IMG/VR virus record: IMGVR_UViG_3300035698_027665
Span: 1 to 64,000 of that record
Origin: a virus
DNA: 64,000 nt
Reading direction: 5' to 3' (one strand)
The first letter of the stretch is position 1. Every line of letters starts with the position of its first letter. Shown here in pieces: positions 8,700 to 15,349 of the stretch. A program made the position numbers and the translations under genes. The notes below the pieces were generated by a model. That model was not told the DNA's origin. It made no database searches and saw only the letters and a program-made list of their open reading frames with translations.

Positions 8700-8773
8700 T
8701 GGCTAGGACAGGACTTGAACCTGCAACCAGCGGTACTTCACACCGCCACTCTACCAAATTGAGTTACCTAGCC
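8700..8773 (-). tRNA. trnF: tRNA-Phe(GAA)
   Basis: GGCTAGG/CCTAGCC acceptor, GCGGT-GT-GAA-GT-ACCGC anticodon arm, GTTCAAGTC T-loop. Confidence 0.9.
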
Positions 8774-8790
8774 GTTAATTTCTTATTCAC

Positions 8791-8803
8791 TTTTCAAAGA
8801 ACA
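8791..8803 (-). promoter_or_regulatory. rrn-type boxA (Nus antitermination site)
   Basis: TGTTCTTTGAAAA between the attenuator terminator and the first tRNA. Confidence 0.6.
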
Positions 8804-8813
8804 AATTATTCAT

Positions 8814-8845
8814 AAAAAAAAACCGCAAGTCGCTAAGACTTACGG
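8814..8845 (-). terminator. intrinsic terminator of the attenuator
   Basis: CCGTAAGTC-TTAGC-GACTTGCGG stem-loop followed by 9 T. Confidence 0.85.
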
Positions 8846-8887
8846 TTTTAAAAGCATTTTAAAATTGCTTCGTTTAGTCTATAGCGA
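8830..8887 (-). promoter_or_regulatory. antiterminator hairpin, mutually exclusive with the terminator
   Basis: TCGCTA(T)AGACT..ACG at the leader 3' end pairs with CGT.AGTCT-TAGCGA (terminator 5' arm and loop), enclosing an inner AAGCA/TGCTT stem. Confidence 0.75.
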
Positions 8888-8960
8888 TATCTTCCATGTT
8901 ACTAAGTAACAAATAAGACGATGATAAACTAAAACTAAAAAACATGCAATTCATTTTCAT
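8874..8960 (-). CDS. attenuator leader peptide (MK)MNCMFFSFSLSSSYLLLSNMEDIAID
   Basis: GAGG SD at 8964-8967; ATGs at 8960 and 8954; 14 consecutive F/S/L/Y codons at 8942-8901; stop codon lies within the antiterminator arm. Confidence 0.8.
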   Translation of the reverse strand: MKMNCMFFSFSLSSSYLLLSNMEDIAID

Positions 8961-9029
8961 TTTCCTCAATTTAATATAGTCTTCTCAAAACTTTTTTTGA
9001 AAACTACAATTCCTTTTCTTCGCACAATC

Positions 9030-9057
9030 ATTATAACACGTTGTTGCTGATTGTAAA
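9030..9057 (-). promoter_or_regulatory. sigma70-type promoter of the tRNA operon
   Basis: TTTACA-16 bp-TATAAT with an extended TG. Confidence 0.75.
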
Positions 9058-9067
9058 GCACAGCGTG

Positions 9068-9853
9068 TTATTTTTTTTCTAGCATTCTATCTGTCACATC
9101 TTTACCTTCAGAAAAAATTGAGCTTTTTTCTGTTGGGGGTTTCACTTCTCCAATCGGATTTTTCAAAGTTGCAAAACCCTTAGCAGCTTCTTTAGTATAA
9201 TCAGCCATTGCTCCTTCAACCCCACTGGTGAAATTTGCAACAGAAGCTATTCCTGTGCTTCTACGGGTGAAATATCTAGAAGTACCGTCAGATAAAGCTG
9301 ACATGCCAGTTTTGGCGTCATTAGCCGTTTTGTTATCCCAAACAGCCATGTTTCCCAATGCAACCCCTGTTTCTGCGGCAACTTGTAACATGCTTTGCTT
9401 ATCACATCCCATAAAGGTAAATGTCCAGTTGCCTTTGTTTTGGCAAGTTTCAATCATGCTTTTTAATGTGTCTGCATCGTATACTTGATCTGAATTGGTC
9501 TGCCCATCAGAAATGCCAATTACAAGAAAGGCGGTATCTTTATCTTTATCTTCTGTTGCTGTTTTTTGCAACTTTTGAATAGTGTATCCAATGGCGTCTC
9601 GCATTGCGGTAGCACCTGATGGATTATAATGAGAAGGATCAGCCGTGACTAATTTTTCAACATTCTCATTCCAAAGATGTTCAGTGACACGTCCATTGAA
9701 AGTGACCAAAGATACAAATATATCTTGTTCTTTGGCGTATTCTTGCATTTGCTGAACTTGTTCATTGAATCCTTCAATGGCTTGGTCTTTAGTGGACCAC
9801 ATAGACCCGGATTTATCTAATACTATTGCGACATAAGTTTTTTTCTTTTTCAT
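9068..9853 (-). CDS. von Willebrand factor A (VWA) domain protein
   Basis: MIDAS motif LDKSGS, GATAMRDAIG, ISDG, WTFTFMG. Confidence 0.88.
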   Translation of the reverse strand: MKKKKTYVAIVLDKSGSMWSTKDQAIEGFNEQVQQMQEYAKEQDIFVSLVTFNGRVTEHLWNENVEKLVTADPSHYNPSGATAMRDAIGYTIQKLQKTATEDKDKDTAFLVIGISDGQTNSDQVYDADTLKSMIETCQNKGNWTFTFMGCDKQSMLQVAAETGVALGNMAVWDNKTANDAKTGMSALSDGTSRYFTRRSTGIASVANFTSGVEGAMADYTKEAAKGFATLKNPIGEVKPPTEKSSIFSEGKDVTDRMLEKK

Positions 9854-10995
9854 TTTTTGTTTCCTTTGTTTGTTTTATTACCTTTATATTCTCTTTGTAA
9901 AGAGTTGGCAGAGGCATATCTTACAGTTTGCCCTGATTTGTCTACTACTTCTGCCCAAGAATAAGAATTGTTGTCTGCCCATTCTTTACGTGTTATAGGC
10001 TGAATAGGAACAATTCCTATTGGCATTTCTTTAGGGATATTAGGCATATTTCTATTCGGCATTCTTGTTGGGGCAACAAGAATGCCGTCTTCAAAAGGGT
10101 TTGAATCACCAATTTTCACACGTCCTAGCACGATTTTCAAATTAGGAAGTTCGTTTGTGTTTTTTAGTTTTTCAAATTCGATTGCTGAATTTCTATATCT
10201 GTTTTTAAGAATTTTAAAAGCATCAGATTTAAGGGATGTTTCGATAATATCATGTGCTATATCAATGCTTATTTCAACTTCCCCGTTTTCGACAATTAAA
10301 TACACCAATTGTCTCACTTCATGGGGAACCCCATCCCAAGACCTGCCTGTTTGATCACAAGTGTCATCTGGACGCAATGGCCTTTCGTGCCATATAGGGT
10401 TTTCATTTGCGTAACTATCTGGTATGTCACCAATATAAAACACTTCGTGTGGTTCGCCATTTACATCAACATGATCCATTTCTGGATAATTTTGTTTTAT
10501 TTCTAAAAGAAGTTTGAGACTTGTAGCAACATCGATGATTTTACTGTTTTTTTCAAAAACAATAAACTTCTTCCCTTTGCTGATTTTTCTTAATCTATCT
10601 CCAACGGGAGAATCACTCTCAGAAGGGTCGTAAGCCTCTACCAATTCTTTTGGCGTCATTCTTTCGGCTTTACGAGAACTAACAGGCCGATTAACAGCAT
10701 CTTCGCCTTTTTCTTTGCGGCCTCGCCAGATATTAGCAATGTCTTTTGCTATTGAAAGGGGTTGTATTTTTTTGTTGTTTATCTCAACAACAGGCAAAAA
10801 GTTAAGGATTTCTTCGTATTTGAATGCAGCAAGTCTTTCAACGTTGGTCCCGCCTTGTGCTTTAATACAAATAATAAAATCTTCGATGTTTATGAATCCG
10901 GGGTCGTGTCGCCCGTCTTTTTGCCCAATAGATTCATTGTGTTCTTTGATTACTGCATGCGCAGCATCCATCATATCCAGATATGGACTTTTCAT
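9850..10995 (-). CDS. hypothetical protein coupled to the VWA gene
   Basis: 381 aa ORF with AGGAG SD; ATGA overlap with the VWA gene. Confidence 0.7.
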   Translation of the reverse strand: MKSPYLDMMDAAHAVIKEHNESIGQKDGRHDPGFINIEDFIICIKAQGGTNVERLAAFKYEEILNFLPVVEINNKKIQPLSIAKDIANIWRGRKEKGEDAVNRPVSSRKAERMTPKELVEAYDPSESDSPVGDRLRKISKGKKFIVFEKNSKIIDVATSLKLLLEIKQNYPEMDHVDVNGEPHEVFYIGDIPDSYANENPIWHERPLRPDDTCDQTGRSWDGVPHEVRQLVYLIVENGEVEISIDIAHDIIETSLKSDAFKILKNRYRNSAIEFEKLKNTNELPNLKIVLGRVKIGDSNPFEDGILVAPTRMPNRNMPNIPKEMPIGIVPIQPITRKEWADNNSYSWAEVVDKSGQTVRYASANSLQREYKGNKTNKGNKK

Positions 10996-11088
10996 TCGAT
11001 AGCTCCTTTTTTTCTACGCAGTCTAATACTGCTTAACTTCTACAGCGACTTTTAGTTGACCTTCAACATGGCTCGCCAAACCATTAGT

Positions 11089-11116
11089 AATGTATCACGT
11101 TTTCGTTGTTTGTCAA
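11089..11116 (-). promoter_or_regulatory. sigma70-type promoter
   Basis: TTGACA-16 bp-TACATT with TG extension, upstream of 10995. Confidence 0.6.
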
Positions 11117-11185
11117 CCTCAACATGAAAAATTTATTTATCGACTATTTAATATAGTTTTAAAAAACAAATTTATATATACAAAT

Positions 11186-11599
11186 ATGAAGTTTAGAGAA
11201 TTTTTAATTAAAGAAGGCCCGTTTGATAGTTTACCCGGTGGCGGCCCACCTTCATCAAGTCCCGGTGGCGATATGGGGGGTTTAGGCGGCGGTCTAGGCG
11301 GTGGCATGTCTATGCCATCTAGTTCTCCCCCACCTATGGGTGGAGGCATGAGCGGCGGTCTAGGCGGCATGGGTGGCATGGGTGGCGACCCATCAGCAGG
11401 TGCAGGCGGACAAGAACCTGAATTCGAATTAAAACCAAATGATGTATGGGATGTATTAAAAAAAATATTAAAAGGGCAACCTATAGAAGACGATAAAAAA
11501 AATCTAAAAGACTCTGGAAATAATAATCCATCTTCGCTACAATCTGGTCAACAACCGCAACAACAGGGCATGGCCCCCACTGGTCAAACAATTATCTAA
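11186..11599 (+). CDS. low-complexity G/M/P-rich protein with a capsid-targeting-like N-terminus
   Basis: Starts MKFREFLIKE; GGMGG repeats. Confidence 0.65.
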   Translation: MKFREFLIKEGPFDSLPGGGPPSSSPGGDMGGLGGGLGGGMSMPSSSPPPMGGGMSGGLGGMGGMGGDPSAGAGGQEPEFELKPNDVWDVLKKILKGQPIEDDKKNLKDSGNNNPSSLQSGQQPQQQGMAPTGQTII

Positions 11600-11620
11600 T
11601 TTTATTTGAACAGTTTCTCT

Positions 11621-12697
11621 ATGCCCAAAATTTTAGTTTTTACAGATATACATATCCATCCCCATAAGAGATCAACGGATCGCCTGCAACATTGTCTAGA
11701 TGCTCTAGATTGGGTTTTTAAAACAGCTAAAGAGCAAAAAATAGACAATATAGTTTTTCTTGGCGATTTATTTCATGATCGTCAAAAAATAGACGTGATG
11801 ACCTATCATAAAACTTTTGAAGTTTTTGAAAAACATTTATATGAAAGAGATGTAAATGTTTTTCTATTGCTAGGCAACCACGATCTATGGTATTCTCAAA
11901 AATGGGATGTATCCTCTGTCAATCCATTAAAAAACTTGCCGGGAGTGACGGTAATCAATAAGCCAACAACTTTAAATATAGCAGGCAGTGATATTAGTTT
12001 TTTACCTTATACACATGACCCAAAATCAGATTTAGAAAAAATAAAAAACGATTCTGGTTTTAAAATATTATGTGGGCATGTGGCTATTGACGGTGCTGTT
12101 TGGAATAAAATGGCAAACACCGTTGCAGAGGTTCATGTTGAACACGATGGAGATATGATTAAAGTTGATCAAAGCGTGTTTAATGGATGGGACCAAGTGT
12201 TTTTGGGACATTATCACGCTGAACAAAAATTATCATATAATGTGGAATACGTTGGGTCACCCTTGCAATTGAGCTTTGGAGAAGCTTTTCAACATAAACA
12301 CATATTGGTGTTTGATTTAGAAACACATAAAAAAGAATATATACGTAATAAATTTAGCCCGCAACATTTTATAATAAATCAAAAAGATATAGAAAAATAT
12401 GATTTAAATAACAATTTCATCAAAATACAAGTTGATGATTTAAGCGAATCCCAACTTGTTGATTTTAAAAATAAATTGCTAAATGACAATGCCCCTATTT
12501 CCATTGAAATAAAACAAAAACCTAATGATAAAAAAGAAGATCAAAAAGACATTGAAGGGGCAAGAGATATTCTTTTAAAAGAAGATGAGATGATAGAAAA
12601 ATATGTGGAAAAAAAAGAATTAGGGCAACTAGAAAAAAAGAGATTGCTTAAAATAGGTATGGATATATGTAACAACAGTCAAAATAAGGATAGTTAA
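11621..12697 (+). CDS. sbcD: SbcD/Mre11 (T4 gp47-like) nuclease
   Basis: Metallophosphoesterase motifs DIH, GDLFH, GNHD and GHYH; YVGSP; adjacent to SbcC. Confidence 0.92.
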   Translation: MPKILVFTDIHIHPHKRSTDRLQHCLDALDWVFKTAKEQKIDNIVFLGDLFHDRQKIDVMTYHKTFEVFEKHLYERDVNVFLLLGNHDLWYSQKWDVSSVNPLKNLPGVTVINKPTTLNIAGSDISFLPYTHDPKSDLEKIKNDSGFKILCGHVAIDGAVWNKMANTVAEVHVEHDGDMIKVDQSVFNGWDQVFLGHYHAEQKLSYNVEYVGSPLQLSFGEAFQHKHILVFDLETHKKEYIRNKFSPQHFIINQKDIEKYDLNNNFIKIQVDDLSESQLVDFKNKLLNDNAPISIEIKQKPNDKKEDQKDIEGARDILLKEDEMIEKYVEKKELGQLEKKRLLKIGMDICNNSQNKDS

Positions 12698-12843
12698 AAT
12701 GGGTGAAGGAAATGCCAAGAGGCTTTTACTTAATCGGGACACACGAGTTGTAATGCATGACGAAACCACCAAAAAAGTTCAAGATTTAAAAATCGGCAAC
12801 TTGCTAAAATTTATAAAACAGCAAAATAAGGATAGTTGAAATG
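12680..12843 (+). repeat. direct repeat CAAAATAAGGATAGTTRAAATG flanking a small ORF
   Basis: Copies at 12680-12701 and 12822-12843, 21/22 identical. Confidence 0.85.
12699..12839 (+). CDS. 46 aa ORF resembling a degenerate intein/Hint N-terminal fragment
   Basis: LLNRDTRVVMHDETTKKVQDLKIGNLL resembles intein block A/A2; AAGGA SD. Confidence 0.5.
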   Translation: MGEGNAKRLLLNRDTRVVMHDETTKKVQDLKIGNLLKFIKQQNKDS

Positions 12844-13272
12844 AGCGAAGAAGACGTTAAAAGTATTGTCGAAAGCAATCAGACTGTAACAATGAAATTT
12901 GTATTAAATGCAGAACAAGTTGATGCACAATGGAGGTCTTTATTTAATCGAGCAAGCGAGATATTTTTAAAAAATGCACAAAAGCATGGATTCACACCAG
13001 AAAAAGGTACAGCAGTAACGCCAGAATTTCATGCTACAAGAATGGCATTGATACATACTGAAGTTGCAGAAGCAACAGAAGCTATAAGAAATGGAAATCC
13101 AGAAGATGAAAAAGTGAAAGGATTTTCCAATTTAGAAATAGAATTAGCTGATGTTATAATTAGAATTATGGAATATGCAGCGTTTTCTGATTTGAATTTA
13201 GGCGATGCAATTTTGGCCAAACACAATTACAATGTCAAACGTGAACACAAACATGGCGGAAAGTTATTTTAA
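12841..13272 (+). CDS. MazG-like NTP pyrophosphohydrolase
   Basis: LIHTEVAEATEA...ELADVIIRI...KHNYN; C-terminal HKHGGK. Confidence 0.85.
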   Translation: MSEEDVKSIVESNQTVTMKFVLNAEQVDAQWRSLFNRASEIFLKNAQKHGFTPEKGTAVTPEFHATRMALIHTEVAEATEAIRNGNPEDEKVKGFSNLEIELADVIIRIMEYAAFSDLNLGDAILAKHNYNVKREHKHGGKLF

Positions 13273-15269
13273 TGCATGATTTACAGTTTAAATTTTTAGG
13301 GGCAAATAATTTCCTTTGTTACGGAGAAGAAGGAATAAAATTAGAGTTATCTAATTACGGCAATATCGTTTTAGTTAGAGGCGATAATCTAGATGTCGAA
13401 GAAGAAGAAGAAAGAATAGCTTCGAATGGCGTTGGGAAGTCCACAATTCCAGAAATTATAGTTTACACTTTATTTGGTAAGACAATTAAAAGCCCAAAAA
13501 AACTAAAGCACGAAAACATAATACATAATAAAATTGGCAAAGGGTTGAAAACAGAAGTTCACTGGAACAAATATAGAGTTGTTCGAACCAGAAAGCCAAA
13601 TACATTAAGAATGTGGGAAAGTGAAACTGGTGATTGGACTGATGAAAATGAAATCACTTTAGGTGGAATGCCAGCCACACAAGAATTAATAGAAACAAAA
13701 ATTGGATTATCTTACGAAACGTTCGTCAATGTAATTATCTTCACAGATAACAGCAATGGTGCGTTTATGGAATGTGATAAGCCAACTAAAAGGAAAATAG
13801 TAGAAAATCTTCTGTCTCTATCCCAATATCAGGCACATTCAGATTTTGCTAAAAAGAAAAAGAATTCTATTAAGCAAAACATAAAATTAATAAGCAATAG
13901 CTATGAACATTTATTGAACGAAAAAGATTCTAGATTGAAAAGAATAGACGAAATAAAAAATAAAGATAAAGAATGGATGGTTTCAAAAAAATCAGAATTG
14001 AAAAAAGTCAATGACATCATTGAAGGTAAAAAAGAAGAATTAAAAAGCACAGATCAAGGTAAAGCATTAGAAAAATATCAAGAGGCACAAGACAAAATCA
14101 AAGAAATTAACATTTTGTTTCCTCAACTAGAATCTAGTTTAGATGAATACACAGAAGGCGTAAATAAGTCTAAAGAGTTATCTGACAAACATTTAGAAAA
14201 AATAAGTGATATTGACAAAAGCATATCTAAACATAAACTTCAAATAAACGAATTAGAAAATTACATTTCTCAAAGAGAGAAATTGATTAGCTCTTTTGAA
14301 AATAAAGAAGGTCAAGAATGTGCTAGTTGCTTAGGAATTGTGGACAAGAAAAATTATAAAAAAGCAGTTGACAGTTATGAAAAAGAAATAGAATCATCTC
14401 AAGTCAAATTAGATAATTTTGACGACAATAAATCAGCGTTAGAAGCAGATAAGTTGAAATTAAAAGAAAAACTAGACTCTTGCAAAGAAATAATAGAATT
14501 CACAAAAAAGAAACAAAAAACCTTAGAAGACAAAATATCTAAAAATAGAGAATTGATAAGACAACTGTCTTTAATAGACAGGCCAGAAATAGATACAGAT
14601 CAAAAGGTTATAGAAAATCAGATAAATCAATTAAAAGAAATGGCTGTCGAAAAAGAAATTGAAATAAAAAACAATCCTTATAAGGAAATATTAGAAACTG
14701 CTGTAAAAGATCACGAGAAAAAGAAAACAGAATGCCAAGAAAAAAACGAAGAACTTAAAAAGGCAGAAGAAGAATTGCCTTATTACGAATTTTGGGTTGA
14801 GGCTTTTGGAGATTCTGGAATTAGAAAATTTATAGTTGAAGGCATAGTGCCTGCTCTAAACAAGAAGACGGAATACTGGATGGAATTTCTTATAGATGGA
14901 AAAATAAAATTATCTTTTGACAATGAGTTAGAAGAAACAATTAAAAGGAATCCTGCGGATGGTGACCCGTTTGTTTATCACGCAATGTCTGGTGGTGAAC
15001 GCCGCCGTCTTAATCTTGCCGTTTCCCAAGCTTTTGCTCATGTAATGATGCTAAATACAGGTGCTATTCCTTCATTGGTTTTTCTAGATGAAGTTTCTAC
15101 AAATATAGACCCTATAGGCATTCAAGGTTTATACAACATGATTGTAGAATTATCTAAAGATAGACAAGTTTTTGTTACTACACATGACCAAGAATTGTTG
15201 GAATTGCTTAATGGTTGTGATACAATAAATCTTCTTAAAAAGGATGGGTTCACTAAATTGTCTAATTAA
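13272..15269 (+). CDS. sbcC: SbcC/Rad50 (T4 gp46-like) ATPase
   Basis: Walker A NGVGKST, coiled coil, CASC zinc hook, MSGGE signature, FLDE Walker B, TH switch. Confidence 0.93.
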   Translation: MHDLQFKFLGANNFLCYGEEGIKLELSNYGNIVLVRGDNLDVEEEEERIASNGVGKSTIPEIIVYTLFGKTIKSPKKLKHENIIHNKIGKGLKTEVHWNKYRVVRTRKPNTLRMWESETGDWTDENEITLGGMPATQELIETKIGLSYETFVNVIIFTDNSNGAFMECDKPTKRKIVENLLSLSQYQAHSDFAKKKKNSIKQNIKLISNSYEHLLNEKDSRLKRIDEIKNKDKEWMVSKKSELKKVNDIIEGKKEELKSTDQGKALEKYQEAQDKIKEINILFPQLESSLDEYTEGVNKSKELSDKHLEKISDIDKSISKHKLQINELENYISQREKLISSFENKEGQECASCLGIVDKKNYKKAVDSYEKEIESSQVKLDNFDDNKSALEADKLKLKEKLDSCKEIIEFTKKKQKTLEDKISKNRELIRQLSLIDRPEIDTDQKVIENQINQLKEMAVEKEIEIKNNPYKEILETAVKDHEKKKTECQEKNEELKKAEEELPYYEFWVEAFGDSGIRKFIVEGIVPALNKKTEYWMEFLIDGKIKLSFDNELEETIKRNPADGDPFVYHAMSGGERRRLNLAVSQAFAHVMMLNTGAIPSLVFLDEVSTNIDPIGIQGLYNMIVELSKDRQVFVTTHDQELLELLNGCDTINLLKKDGFTKLSN

Positions 15270-15349
15270 AATTATTATTAATAAACAGAATTATTTTAAT
15301 AACACTTAGATATCGCTACCGACAAAAACAAATAGGAAGGTTTAGAAAT

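Noticed and set aside
8800-9030. T-box riboswitch as the regulator of the tRNA operon
   Set aside because: No T-box consensus (TGGNACC bulge) or specifier stem I is visible; the SD-led leader ORF overlapping the antiterminator fits ribosome-mediated attenuation better.
11137-11379. Pro-rich ORF on the minus strand
   Set aside because: Antisense shadow of the Gly-rich gene at 11186..11599.
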